A stretch of DNA of 64,000 nucleotides from Tubulanus polymorphus (Eukaryota; Animalia; Nemertea): the NCBI RefSeq assembly GCF_964204645.1, contig NC_134027.1, positions 17,012,560 to 17,076,559 on the forward strand. Direction: 5' to 3'. Below, in pieces: positions 24,929 to 37,714 of the stretch. Numbering within the stretch: position 1 is the first letter of the stretch; each line of letters opens with the position of its first letter. Position numbers and translations under genes: made by a program. The notes beneath the pieces are model-generated. The model had not been told where the DNA came from and searched no databases. It saw only the letters and a list, made by a program, of their open reading frames with translations.

Positions 24929-25513
24929 ACCGCATAATATGTTAGTTACTGGAGTAACCAACTGTGGTAAAACACATTTCATATTAGATTTGTTAGAAAC
25001 TATTTATAAGAATCATTTTGATAATATAATATTCTTCTGTCCTACTTATGAAATGAATAAAACATATAATAGAGATATAGTTAAGATAAAAAAGCTTATT
25101 ATATTAAATCCTAAAACAGTAAAGAAAATTTAGATAATTGTATAAAAATAGCAATTGATACTTATAAAGGATCAAATACATTATTCATTGTAGATGATTG
25201 CGCAAATTTACATGATTCAAAAGTGAGAGAAAGTGAGTTATGTTATTTAGCTTTCTCTGGAAGACATTTTGGGATAACAACATGGGTTTTAAATCAAAAA
25301 TATAATTCAATTGTTAAAGACTTTAGGGAGAATATAAGATTTCTAGTTTTATTCTACAATAAAGATAGAAAATCTATGCAACAATCATTGAAAGAAAATC
25401 AAATTATACCTACTGAATTACATGATGAATATATGAATAAATTAAAGAATAATAAAGGTTCAAATTTATTACTGAGATTACAATTTCCCTATGAAAATAA
25501 ATTTATAAAATAA
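24903..25513 (+). pseudogene. A32/FtsK-like DNA packaging ATPase
   Basis: Walker A GVTNCGKT, Walker B FIVDD, GRHFGI..LNQ motif; frameshift near 25120. Confidence 0.9.
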
Positions 25514-25857
25514 CTATTTGTATACCTATGTATTAGATACCCTAATACCTTAGATACCCCTATTAGATACCTTAAATACTTAAAACCCCCTTTTTAAAAT
25601 AAATATTATTTATACAATTTTCAACCAATTTATTTTTATTTTTTTCAACTAATATATGAATAAGTTTGAAAATAATAAAGGTTATTTATTATTACTGAGG
25701 TTTCAATTTCCATATGAATATAAGTTTATAAAATAAGATATTTTACGTATTAGATTGTATTAGATTGTATTAGATATGTATTAGATACCTTAAATACCTT
25801 AAATACTTAAAACCCCCTTTTTATTTACTATTATTTTATACAATTTTCAACCAATAT
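25430..25857 (+). repeat. ~220-bp tandem duplication of the ATPase 3' end and downstream region
   Basis: 25430-25630 is repeated with divergence at 25651-25857. Confidence 0.8.
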
Positions 25858-25890
25858 AATTATTTGTGTTAAATATAATTACATATAATC

Positions 25891-26370
25891 TTAATCACTT
25901 TCCTCATCACTCTCCAATTCACTATCAGGCCCTAACAATTTATTCAAATGCTCTACCGAATCTACATCAATAGTTGTTTTATTTTTATACTTATTCTTCA
26001 CCCTTTTTACCGCATCATCAATAGTTGTTTCATTGTTATGCTTATTCATCCAATCAAATTTATCATTATTTTCTACTTTATGTTTCATAGAATCTTTATT
26101 ATCAATATGCTTATCTGTAACTATATTTTCATTATCATCTTTATTAGTGTTTGCTCCGAATATTTCATTTACATTGTTTGATCCTAATATTTTATTAGCA
26201 TCGGTTAAATCTAATTCATCTTTATTAGGTGTTGCTAATAAAAAATCTTCATATAATTCTTTACCTTTTACTTTTTTATTTGAAACAAATTTTGTAACAT
26301 ATCTAAATTGGTGTTCTATAAATTCTCTTAAACCAACACGTTCTATAACATTAGTAATATGTACCTTTGA
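25891..26370 (-). pseudogene. 3' remnant of an unknown Polinton gene fused by deletion to the capsid gene
   Basis: 161-codon open frame with no real start; begins where MCP similarity stops. Confidence 0.5.
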
Positions 26371-27034
26371 AATCAATTTGATTAATATTACAATTTTCAG
26401 ATGATTTTACTTTTTCATTCATAAAATGTTTTCTAATTTCTGGCCATTGATCAATCATTCTCATTCCTTGACAAAATATTTTATTTGCTATTCCTTCGAT
26501 AGTTATTTCTACTTTTGTTATTTCAGGATTATAATAATTATCAACATTTATTGCGCCATTAGTATATGTTGCAATGGTAAAAAATATTAATATACCTTTA
26601 ATAGATCTTCTTGGGAAGTTAATATTCTCATTAATTATTTCATCATTTGCATTAATAGTTACAGTTTTAAATTTATCAATATAATAATGAAAATCCTTGA
26701 TTGTTTTGAGTTTGAATTATACTTGAAATATTTTCATCAGTTACTGTATCATATTCTAAACATGTATTCGATAATTTATAACTCATATCTTTATTAACGC
26801 TAGATATTACGATTTCATTAACAGGAGCAAATGTTATTTCGAATATAACATCTTCTTGAATTGCGTATTTATATAAAGGTGCATTATTATTTATCAATTC
26901 AAAGTCTAATGGAATTTTATATTTGCTTCCATATATACTTTTTATCAATTTATCTATAGCATTAGTTAATATTGCATTATGTGTTTCTGATCTTTATTTA
27001 TTTTGGTTTTCTGATTGGATTCCTTGAAATATCA
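26370..27034 (-). pseudogene. Major capsid protein (double jelly roll), 3' part; C-terminus missing
   Basis: MIFQGIQSEN..YGSKYKIPLDFE..EITFAP..LEYDTV..ENINFPRRSIKGIL..YNPEITKVEITIEGI..QGMR. Confidence 0.85.
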
Positions 27035-30000
27035 TTAGGGTTTTCTGACTTTCGTTGAAAACCCTTTTGTAATTCTGTCGATTGTTATTATTATTATTTA
27101 CATATTTTCCACTTTTTTTCGCACATAAAATTCATCTTCTATCAGATTCGACAACTAACTGCTTCTAATTGAAATGTAGAATTCTGATAGTAATATAACA
27201 CGCATTCGCTCAGCGTAGATTATACCTATGCACTCTCCGTCCTATTTTAAACTTAAAATTACTTACTGAAAGATAACACCGGATGATAGTAGCAATCGCG
27301 ACTCGCCCTGTCGGGTACTCCCACTAACGATAAAAACAGCGTCCTGTCCTGTGGCATGGTGGATAAGGTGTTTGACTCCCAACTGAGAGGTCGAGGGTTC
27401 GAATCCTAGTGAAACCATGCATTATCACATTTTAATTGTTTTATTAATGAAACAACATGGTGGATGGTTGAAATCATTTTCGGCTAAAATTTATCGCGAG
27501 TTTTAGGACTTTAATGAATTTCACGAAACCATGATTTCTAAAATGAGTCAATTGATTAATTCTATTCGTAAATCAATTTACGTTGGCTACATTTCCTGAA
27601 GATTTCGGGGTCAAATCAACGTGATATGGACAGAAATTGTAGGAATTTTCACACGGAATTTTACTTCCGCGTTCAGTTGACGACTCGGATCGATGACAAC
27701 GAGTGCGGAGTTTATGTATTTTAAGGTGAGAATCCGTTAACCAGGGAATGTATTAAATGATTTCTTTAATAATATGAGTATGCTAGCAAATGAGTTGGCT
27801 ACTTACTTAATGCCTAGCTTTTTTGGGGGATGCGCCTAGAATAGATTTAGGCCCTAAATATAATGGGTAGAGCCAGTCAGTGGAATGCCTTAATAGCAGC
27901 TAGTTATGGCCTGGTTTAAACTGAATGTGCATGACAATTTATTTTGATTACTTTCTTTCCAGCTATTATTCGTGGAATGAACTGGGCACTACGGTCTTCA
28001 ATTCCTTTGCGGATTCTTGCAGGAATATTAAACCACAGTGCGCAAATGTATGTTTCAAATTAGGCTTTTTCCACATTGACAGCCAAAGACGTAACTTAAC
28101 ACGCTAACTTAAGCGCAACTGTCTCAGATGCTGTAAGTACTTGACGTTTTGCGTAATTTTTTTTTGTAATGCAATATTTGGATTAGCAATCAGTCGTGCT
28201 AACGTACATGCAGAATTGGATTCATTGTAATTATGGGATGATAATTCATGGGGGGCGTCACGAGTCCTGCGACATACCCTTGATATGAAGCTTTTTTAAT
28301 GTTAATCATTGACTTGTTTTGGAGTAAACTGAATAGCCCTAAAAATACCAATGCCACGTGGCTTGGTGTCTATGCTCTACGAGACTGTAGTAATAGATTT
28401 TCACAACAAACTCATGATTTCAAATAGTCTCCTAAGATATCTATATATTATTTCGCTCCTAACCTAAGTAATTCTTACATTTGATTGCTTAATTACAGAT
28501 GGAAAGAGGTCAGATGGCATGAAAATCGACTGTGGCTGACTAATTGGCGCGAGTAACCAAAATGCTTCAATCATCAGGGGTAGACCAATTAGCCGAAGAT
28601 GAATGAAAACTTCACCTTGATGATCATCAGTTGATATTGCTATAATTATTTGCCTGGATATATCCTTCATTTCAAAATCTGTCTTCAGTAGAATTTCTTT
28701 CAATAAAATATTTTGAAGATTGAATTTGAATTGATCTTAAAACCAGAGAAAGCATTCAGAAATTTAGAAAATCCTTGACTCATAATCAAATTCTGTGAAG
28801 TCAGTTAAGATCTTTTTGGTCGAATCAAGCCGAGGGCTCAGGTGACTAAAACTCAATTCCTCACTGTCTTATAATGCCGAAAGTCCACAATATAATGACC
28901 GCCCTGCCCCGCTGCATCTGAGACGTCAACAAGTTAGACTGTATTGCTTCGATGACAAACTGACTCCTACGCAAGATGACCATCCAATTCAAATGTAAAT
29001 TAAGAAAGAAAACAACAAAACTAGTTGCGTTGATCAACAAAAATAAATCAATAGTTTATTACAATACTTCAATTTCAAAATAAGGATAGGAAAAAGTGAA
29101 AAAGTGAACAATAAGTCATGCCATGCGTCTTTAAATATTTCCCAAGAATATCTCTTTGTCTGGCCACCACCTGCCTCGACGTCAGACTTTTTCGAGATTT
29201 TCGCTAAAAATAGGAAACAAGACAAAATTGATGGATGGGAATCATACATGCTACATTCACTTTTACTGCGAACATTGGAATGAGCTAAAGCAATTTTCTA
29301 GGAGGAAAAATTGAGTCAAATGATGTTTTAAAATCTGGACGGGAAATGTTTTACTGAATTGTATGGCTAATGGCAAATACATGTTTATATTGATAAGGTA
29401 AATATCTGTATAAAAGGTTGTATAGCAACTTGAATTGAAGGATTAATGCAATAGGTCTCTTATTCTAAAAGACGAGTGAGCCATACTTACTAGATTGGTC
29501 ATGTGAATCAACATCAAATTTAGAACTATCATCCATTTTTAGTTTTCAATCAAAGACTAACCTATGATATAAAGTACATATTTTTCTGATAACAACCTGG
29601 AATAAATTAAAATAAATCTGAGGAATTCACCAAATTTCTGTATCGAACCCCTAATAGGGCCTATATAACCTATAGATTGATACTTACATACGACAAATTG
29701 ACGAAGAAACTTCATTTGACAGTATACAAACTCGCGGACAAACTCCCAAAATGAATCATGTCCTATTCACCTAGAATCAAACAAAATACAACTAAAAAAT
29801 TCACAATACAGATTTCGGTTTCGAATCCTTCAAATAGCTGTTTACTTACATGAAACGAATTATCAAACTACTTCTGCCGACAGCATACCAACTCGCTGAC
29901 AAACCCCCGAAATGAAACATGTCACGATAAACATCTGGAATTAAATGTAATAAAGCTACAAAATTTACAAAATGTCGGTTTCGAATCCTTCAAATAGCCT

Positions 30001-31759
30001 TACACTTACAAATAATGGATTATCAAACAACCATGAACTCCCACAACGCCACATGTCTTTGATAATCTACAGTGAAAACCTGGAATTAAATGAAATAAAT
30101 CTTAAAATTCCGATTTGAACCCAACGTAGGCCCTCTCTCTACTTGTAGGCCTAAGATCTTGAAATAGGATAAATAATGTTATGATGAAAGAGGCATAATG
30201 GTTCGGAAAAAAATGAATTCAATATGGCTCTTGGCCCGGCAAAGTTTGCTTTTGAAATATCCTTTTGATTAGGCCTAGTTACACATTTTAAAAGCAAATT
30301 TCATTTTGCATCAAAACTAAAAGCGGCTTTGTTGGGGAAAAGATTCGTTTGAGTCGTAAAATTTATAGCCTAGAACCAATTTCTTGGTCAAAGCATGATG
30401 CACAATTTTGACTGGGTCTTATTATTTCCACGTGGTAGTGGACAGAAAATTTTAATAGGCCTAAATTATAGAATAATCTTTCTTAGGTTTCATGATAAAG
30501 ATGCAGCATTAACATAGATTAATGCTTATCTTTTACAATTAGGCTTATGTTTCAAAGGAAAACGCCCACAGTTGGTCGAACAGGGGTTAGGCATTGATGG
30601 TAGAGGGGCTGTGTGTGTGCTGAAACCACAGGGGCTCGTATCAGAGTTGTAGGTAATGTAAAAACGATAATCTGTTAATCCAATGTATATAGTATATATA
30701 AAATAACAAAGGGGCTAACGACGCTCACAAACTACACAACTTCAGTCGCATACTTTTTCGTTATTTTTCATCCGATTTTGATATGAAAGCTAATACCTTC
30801 CTGCTTCTAACGAAACTAATCCCGTTAATTTCCGATGAATAGTTCGTGAATTATATGTCTTTGAACGCGAAATTAGGGCCGAAATCGCCTGGACCGAAAA
30901 TGCTATGACGCCGGTTTTTGCCGATTTCGAAATTTAAAACGTTGAGTTCGACACGAAATCCTTCACTGATTTTGATGGTCGAGGGCTTCAAATGTTGTGT
31001 AATTCCATACTACTGGTCACTGACATCAAAGTTTTAGTTCTGTTCACATGTTTCGACTCATAAATATCCAATGTGTATGTTCTATCTTTTAATACAGGCC
31101 ATGTGATTAATTGCGTATCACTCTATTTGTTTAAAAAGAGAGCACATATTTAGATATTGTTAAATATTCAACTACATTTTTTGCTGTCACACGTTGATTT
31201 TTTACCCATCACTTATAAAATTCAAATGTACGTGATGTATCTGTAAGCTATGTAAGCTTGTTCTTAAAAATACACTATGAATTTTCAATTTGTACTGACC
31301 ATAATAGTTTATTTTTCGTAAATAAAATTTATATTTTAATTAAATAATTTCAAAATCTTTTCTATGCCCTCTGCAACAGAAAGTTACTAAGGACTATCAC
31401 ATATTCAGATGTACGTTGATAATTGATTTCAATCGTCCCTTCAAATAATTATATGAACATTATTACGGAAAATGCAGGTGGCGCACAATCATAATACATA
31501 CAACTTATCAAGCTGACGAGTCGTTTCCCTAACCAATGTTACAGACGGGTAACCAATCTACTCGACTCCACAGATAACTAAACGACCCGAGTAACCCCCA
31601 ATTTGACTATAACTATAAATTATGTTATGTTAAACCGCATTGGTGTGACTTGACACATCAAATGCGTATCCCGTATTGATATATTTCCTTTATCCACTTT
31701 TCAAATTATGAATAGCACGCCTGCTCAGAAAACCCGTTATCGCTGCTTTGCAGCTATAT
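27035..31759 (+). mobile_element. Non-autonomous Helitron2 (4.7 kb) inserted in the capsid gene
   Basis: 5' TTAGGGTTTTCTG..GAAAACCCT hairpin; 3' CAGAAAACCCGTTATC-GCTGCTTTGCAGC-TATAT; no TSD. Removing it restores in-frame YKDLWLTKENRNN|MIFQGIQSEN. Confidence 0.88.
27346..27417 (+). mobile_element. tRNA-derived SINE head or tRNA pseudogene inside the Helitron
   Basis: A-box-like TGGCATGGTGG, B-box GGTTCGAATCC, tRNA-like spacing, poorly paired stems. Confidence 0.6.
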
Positions 31760-32113
31760 TATTATTTCTATTTTCTTTAGTTAACCATAAATCTTTATAA
31801 TGCATAAATAAATTATAATCATCTAATGAGAAAACTGTTTCTGGACCAATCTTTATAGTTAATTTTTTAATCAAATATCTTCCAACATTATCAACAACAT
31901 AATTATTATTATTACCGGTTACTTTTATATCGGCTGATAAATAAATACTATTTGGAACAAAGTATTTTGTGTTAATCGAGGAATTCTAACATATAAAGTT
32001 TCATCAGGATTAATATTAGAAGGGTTATGAGTAATTATATGATGTGATCTTTCTGCTTTAATGGCATTAGATATTCTATGATTCTTAGAAGGATTGATAT
32101 AACTCCCACTCAT
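31760..32113 (-). pseudogene. Major capsid protein, 5' part
   Basis: MSGSYINPSKNHR..IKAER..HNPSNINPDETLYVRIPRL..VVDNVGRYLIKKL..YKDLWL; frameshift. Confidence 0.85.
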
Positions 32114-32133
32114 TTATTTAACAAAAAAATTAA

Positions 32134-33607
32134 TTATTTATTTTTTATCATGGTTACTAATCCAAAAATAATAGCACTTACAACTGTAATTAAAAATAAA
32201 ATAATATGTTCAGCAGCAAAGTTAATAATGTTTCCTGCAGATTTCAATATAAAACCAACAATTGATGCAATAATTCCTGGTAATGCTGCAGCAGATTTTT
32301 TAGATAGTTCCCATAAATATTTTGCTAATTTCTTTAAACCATCCTTAACTTTATCTTGTATAGAATTATTATCTGGAGGTTTATCTGGTTTATTGGGAGT
32401 AGGAGTAGATTTCAGTGAATTTGATATATCTAAACCTATTGTTGTAAGTAACATAGTTACAGCTGTTAGAATTGAAAGAATTGTTATTCCTTCTAATTTA
32501 AATAACAATTTTATTCTATCTTTCAATGATATTTCAGAATCGTGTTTCATCAACAAATCTTTAAAAATAACTTTTAATCTATTTATATTATAATCATATG
32601 ATCTTAATAATAATTTAATTTCTTCTTTTTGTAATTCTGTTATATTCTAAATCATCTTTTTCTTTTTCGAAACGTAATTCTTTTTGCCTATATTCTATTT
32701 CATCAATTACTTGATGATCTAAATCAGACTTTAATTGTTCTATTTCTTTATTTGTATCAGTTAATTCTTTTTCTAAAGTTCTAATTTTAAAATCTCTTAT
32801 ACTTTTATCATGCGCAATTTTATCAGATGCAAGTCTTATACTTTTAATTTCTCTAATTGCTTCATCAGAAAATATATTATTTAAATCTTCTAATTGTTGA
32901 TCTGTTGCATCAATTAATCCATTCGGTAAAAGTTTTTCAATTGGAACTTTACTTGATTTAAGTTTACTAGTTTTGGAATTTATATTCTGTTCAGAGTTTC
33001 TTTCTGGTTCTAAATTATTATCGATTGTTTCAAATAATTTATCAATTCTTTGTTTAAATACTCTTTCATTTGTAATAATTTCTTCTTGTGTTACATCTTC
33101 TGGTTCATTACTATTTCTTATTCTTTTAATTCTAGATAGGTCTAACTTAAGCAAAGTTGATTCTGCTAATATTTTAGTTAGTCTTGTCCTTTGATTAGTG
33201 ATATCAATATAATAATCACCATCCAAATGATAATAATATTTACCTTTAAAAAGTTTTAAATTTTCTACTAAAAGTCTGGCGCCTCTATCATTTATATTAT
33301 ACCCAGACCTTTCAATTACAGGTTTGATATTATATATAAATTCCTTATTTTCTAAATCTTGTCTTGATAAACCTTGATTTTCATTTTCAGGATTTATTCT
33401 CGATCTAGTTCTTCTAATATAATCCTCTGTTGATGGGGCTTTAGAACCACTATCTGCTAAATTAGAATTATATGCTGATTCATTACCATCATCAATATTA
33501 GTTTCATTACGATTAGCACCTGCATCATTATAATCATCATCAATATATCCTTCATTATTATTTCCCATGTCACCCAATGGAATATCTTCTCCACCTTCTA
33601 CATCCAT
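32134..33607 (-). pseudogene. Large coiled-coil protein with C-terminal hydrophobic segments
   Basis: ORFs 32615-33607 and 32134-32556 joined by a frameshift; LFKLEGITILSILTA and ALPGIIASIV hydrophobic blocks. Confidence 0.7.
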
Positions 33608-33623
33608 TTACATAATAAAAAAA

Positions 33624-35008
33624 TTAAAATTTAAAATATAATATTCCTCCGATTACAATTCCTATACAAGTTATAGCTAATTTAGTATTTTCATGGGATT
33701 TATTATCATCATTTAGTTTAATTATTTCATGTTGAATATTATCAGTTCTAATATTTTCTGATGTATTATAATCTTTTATTTTGGAATCATTATCCAATTT
33801 AATATTCTTAGTTTTAGTTTCTGTTGATTGAATATGTTTTTTTTTTCACCTTCCATTAATTTTGGAGCAGTAATTATCATTTATTTATATCATTTAATCC
33901 AAATGAATTATTTATTGTTGCAGTTTTAATTAGATTATTATAACCAATTATGTTTCCCATCTTTAATACTAAATCATTAGAAATAATAAATAGATTAGGG
34001 CCTATACAATAATTTAATCTAATATGTGATTTATCTAGATAATTTTGATATCCTACAATGTTTTCTGGAATCGATCTATTTTTATCATTATGAATAGAAT
34101 CTTCAAATAATACTTTGAATTGTTTCTGTGTATCAAATGATGTATTTAAATTTCCAATTATTGGGGATCTTGTTTCAACTTGCGCACCTAAAATACATAT
34201 CAAATAAGTTCTAATAGATTGATTTATTCTTTCTATACCTGATTTAGTAAAACCTTCACTATTTTCTAAAATAAAATAAACCCAACCATTATTGTTTTCT
34301 TGTTTTAAATGATCATAAAATTTCGGTAATTTATTGAAATTTAATGTTTCTAAATCCTTAGTTTCTATTTTACCATAACCTAATTTATTATTATAGATAT
34401 TATAAAAACTATTAGATGGTATGGGAAGTGCACAATATTCTGCAATCTTTTTAGGGCAAGGAAGTGATCTTATTGTTCCAATTTTTGTTCTAAAATCAGA
34501 ATTATTTATATCTATATTAAATTCATTACAAATTTTATAAAACTTTGATAAATTAATATTATTATCTAATTCTTTATAATATCTAGATCCTGGTAAAGCG
34601 CACTCTAATTCATTTAATATTATTCTGATTTGAAAGTATGTATGAAATCTAAATAAACTTTGAAATTAATTTATATTTAGAATTATTCAAATGATCATTC
34701 CAACTAATTCCACAACCTGTTGTTGCACAATAAACAGCAAAATTTAATTGGTTCCGCCAATACTTCATATTAGATTTTAATAACCATTGTTTTCCATCTT
34801 TCAATTTTTTAAAATTAATTAAATATACATGAAATATATTTTCCATCTTTGCATTAAAATTATTAGTTTCAGTAACATAAATTTCTAAATTAGTTAATGA
34901 ATCTAAAACTTCATTTCTATATGTAATATCTTTATTAAAATCTATTGCTGGAATATTATATTTAATTGATTTATTATATTGGAAAGCTTTTGGAAAACTA
35001 TCTGCCAT
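33624..35008 (-). pseudogene. Conserved Polinton protein with C-terminal TM anchor
   Basis: WRNQLNFAVYCATTGCGISW.DHL; FTKSGIERINQSIRTY..ILGAQVETRS; ends GIVIGGILYFKF; several frameshifts. Confidence 0.7.
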
Positions 35009-35025
35009 TTATATAATTAAAAAAA

Positions 35026-35451
35026 TTAATAATTAACTAATTCTTTTAATAATTTATCTTGTTCTTCAACTGTTATATGACCATTTAAACTTATTATATA
35101 ATCTAGTGTATTTTTCAATTTATTAATTTCCTTTATATTAGTTTTAATTTTTTCTTTATTACTTTTTATATTTAATTTTGAACTTATACCAGTTAAAACA
35201 CTTGAACTTAATCCTAACACACCAATTGATATAGCTAAAGGTGTTAATGGGCTGAATATTGCTAGAAATGTTATTACAGAACTAATTGTAACCGAACCAC
35301 TTATAACCAAATAATATATAATTTTACTTTTTAAATATTTTTTCTTTTTTATCCTTAAGTCACTTTCAAATTCTAATATTTGTTTTTCTAAATATATTTT
35401 TAATTTAGTTTTATTTATATCATGAGGAATAATATCAATATTATCATCCAT
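35026..35451 (-). CDS. Two-TM membrane protein with coiled-coil flanks
   Basis: Intact 141-aa ORF, TAAATG start, two hydrophobic helices. Confidence 0.7.
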   Translation of the reverse strand: MDDNIDIIPHDINKTKLKIYLEKQILEFESDLRIKKKKYLKSKIIYYLVISGSVTISSVITFLAIFSPLTPLAISIGVLGLSSSVLTGISSKLNIKSNKEKIKTNIKEINKLKNTLDYIISLNGHITVEEQDKLLKELVNY

Positions 35452-35471
35452 TTATTTAGCAAAAAAAATTA

Positions 35472-35894
35472 CTAATTAGTAAATCTACGCGCTACAAATA
35501 TAACAATAACAGTTCCACCTAAAATCCATATTATTGCATATTTCTGTTGTTCTTTAATTGGGGTATAATAATCTGATAATTTAGGTTTGTATAGATGTAA
35601 TTTTTCTGTATTGGTTACCGCGTTATATAAACTCATTGCATCATCAACTGATTGAAAATCTCTATGTGAAATCTTCTGATCATACAATTCCTTGTTAATA
35701 TAATCCATATAGTTTTGTCTCTTTTCTCTATATTCTTCTGCTGCTTTATTGTATTTTTCTAATGCTAAGTTATGTCTTCTTTGTTCTCCTAATGAACTAT
35801 TTTTATCAAAATGCTTGACTAAATAACCGCCACCGTTAAATGCTAAAGCGTTAACAATTGCCGATCCTATAATAGTTATAATTGCAGAAGCCAT
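35472..35894 (-). CDS. Conserved Polinton protein (VNALAF..RHNLALE, C-terminal TM)
   Basis: Intact 140-aa ORF with TAAATG start. Confidence 0.75.
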   Translation of the reverse strand: MASAIITIIGSAIVNALAFNGGGYLVKHFDKNSSLGEQRRHNLALEKYNKAAEEYREKRQNYMDYINKELYDQKISHRDFQSVDDAMSLYNAVTNTEKLHLYKPKLSDYYTPIKEQQKYAIIWILGGTVIVIFVARRFTN

Positions 35895-35918
35895 TTATTT
35901 AGTAAAATAATTACGCAT

Positions 35919-36140
35919 TTATATGGGAGGAATATATTTTTGTTTTTCCAAATAATCAATAGTTATATTAGATAAAGTAACTGCTAATGTTAATTTTAAA
36001 ATATCATTTATATCAAATCTATCAACATTAACACTTCCCATTTTAAATACTTTTTTTAATACCATTGGATAACCAACAGTTCCAACTGATAGTAATGCTC
36101 CATTATATAATCCAGTTATTATCCACTTATTATCACTTAT
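35919..36140 (-). pseudogene. Small hydrophobic Polinton protein missed by the ORF track (start ATG>ATA)
   Basis: 73 open codons: SDNKWIITGLYNGALLSVGTVGY..DINDILKLTLAVTLS..DYLEKQKYIPP. Confidence 0.65.
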
Positions 36141-36497
36141 TTATTTATCAAAAAAATTACTATCATCAAAATATTTAGTTATCTTATTTATAATTATTTC
36201 AACATTTATTTCATTACTAGTTTCATTTGTATATATTTCAATTATTATTTTTTTAATATCATCGATGATAAAATCTTCATCTAATTCATAAAATCTTAAA
36301 GATTCTCTAATTAAATTAGTAATCTTTTCTACATTAAAAGTTTCTTTATCTATTGTTTTTTCATACTCAAATGTTGTTTCATTAGAAAATGCAATATTTT
36401 TGATATGTGTAATTACATCATTAATGTTAAATTTCATTTCTTTCTCACGTTTAAAATCAAATCCAAAACATATACTTGGTCCAACAGTTATATTCAT
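36141..36497 (-). CDS. Hypothetical acidic protein
   Basis: Intact 118-aa ORF with TAAATG start in a tightly packed gene array. Confidence 0.65.
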   Translation of the reverse strand: MNITVGPSICFGFDFKREKEMKFNINDVITHIKNIAFSNETTFEYEKTIDKETFNVEKITNLIRESLRFYELDEDFIIDDIKKIIIEIYTNETSNEINVEIIINKITKYFDDSNFFDK

Positions 36498-36513
36498 TTA
36501 TATAGTGAAAAAA

Positions 36514-37269
36514 TTACTCTTTACATCTTATAACTAATTCATATATCACAGGAAAGTTATTCAAATCAATTAAATAACCATTATGATTTCTTATGTCTAA
36601 TTTAAAATTTTCGAAATGTGGAATACAAGGTTTGAAATCACATTCAGTTAAATTATAATTTATTTGAGTTCCAAATTGTTTAACATTTTTTAATGGTAAA
36701 ATATTTAATAAACCAGAATTACAAATTGTATCTTTATTTGCTTCGAATGTTTTTGTAGGATCAATTAAATTACAATAAATATAGAAGTGCTTAAAAGGTA
36801 TTATATTTGGCGTAGTATCAACATTTGAATAAACTTTATTTGGATTAACTCCTAGCATTTTAGCTAATGGTTTTCTTACTATGAATTTATATTGTTCATT
36901 AGTTAACTTTATTCTTATTTTATTAGTACTATCAATTTTATTAAATTTAATGTTAAACCCAACAGATTCACCCACTTTTAACCAAGCTCTTCTATTAATT
37001 TCTTGAGATAATGTTTCTAAATTATATAATCCTGGTCTTAGAAATAGATGATACCATTTATCTATATTTCTATCTTGAATCATAAACAATCTATGATCAA
37101 AACTTTTATCCGATACATTATAAAAAGAATTACATAAACTTATATTAACTAATTTTAAATCAACACAATTCTTGAATTCTCTATCTAATTGTATTAGTAA
37201 ATTATGTGATTTATAATTTGTAAGTCTTCTAGAATCAACAAATATTCTGTATTCTTTTAATTCTACCAT
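36514..37269 (-). CDS. Minor capsid protein (penton, single jelly roll)
   Basis: IFVDSR, FYNV, PGLYN, YIYCNLID, LLNILP, IRNHNGYLIDLNN.PV.YEL.I pattern; intact 251 aa. Confidence 0.8.
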   Translation of the reverse strand: MVELKEYRIFVDSRRLTNYKSHNLLIQLDREFKNCVDLKLVNISLCNSFYNVSDKSFDHRLFMIQDRNIDKWYHLFLRPGLYNLETLSQEINRRAWLKVGESVGFNIKFNKIDSTNKIRIKLTNEQYKFIVRKPLAKMLGVNPNKVYSNVDTTPNIIPFKHFYIYCNLIDPTKTFEANKDTICNSGLLNILPLKNVKQFGTQINYNLTECDFKPCIPHFENFKLDIRNHNGYLIDLNNFPVIYELVIRCKE

Positions 37270-37283
37270 TTATTTTACATATT

Positions 37284-37626
37284 TTATTCGAAATCTATTT
37301 CATGGTGCCCCTTTTCATTCTTACCTTTGTATACGAAATAGAAATCTCCAGAACATAATTCTTCTAGATCTTCACTTGATAATCTATGAAATCTATCTGG
37401 TAAATATGTTCTGAATTTATATGTATTTCCTTTTAATCCTTCATATTCTAAGTGTATCTCCATATTTGTTAGTAACTGTATCAATATTTGTAATTAGATA
37501 TTTCTTATGGATTATTAATTCTTTTAACTTCTTAAATTTATAATCTACTGATTTGACATTTGAAGTATCTTTTATTCTATCTAGAAATGATTTGTTGTTC
37601 TCACTGTGCGCTTGTTTACTCTCCAT
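37284..37626 (-). pseudogene. Small protein downstream of pPolB (possibly ssDNA-binding OB-fold)
   Basis: Two overlapping ORFs joined by a frameshift: FKKLKEL..Y.I..TNKYG..F..YLPDRF. Function is a guess. Confidence 0.55.
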
Positions 37627-37714
37627 TTATAATACATATTTTTATTAAAATTTGATTAACACGTTAGAATTCTTTTCATTATCACGTTCTCTTTTGTTTC
37701 TTCTCTTTTAAATT

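Noticed and set aside
27346-27417. Functional tRNA gene
   Set aside because: Acceptor and anticodon stems pair poorly; more consistent with a SINE head or pseudogene.
25948-33194. Plus-strand ORFs 25948-26181, 26033-26404, 32078-32593 and 32973-33194
   Set aside because: Antisense shadows of minus-strand Polinton genes.
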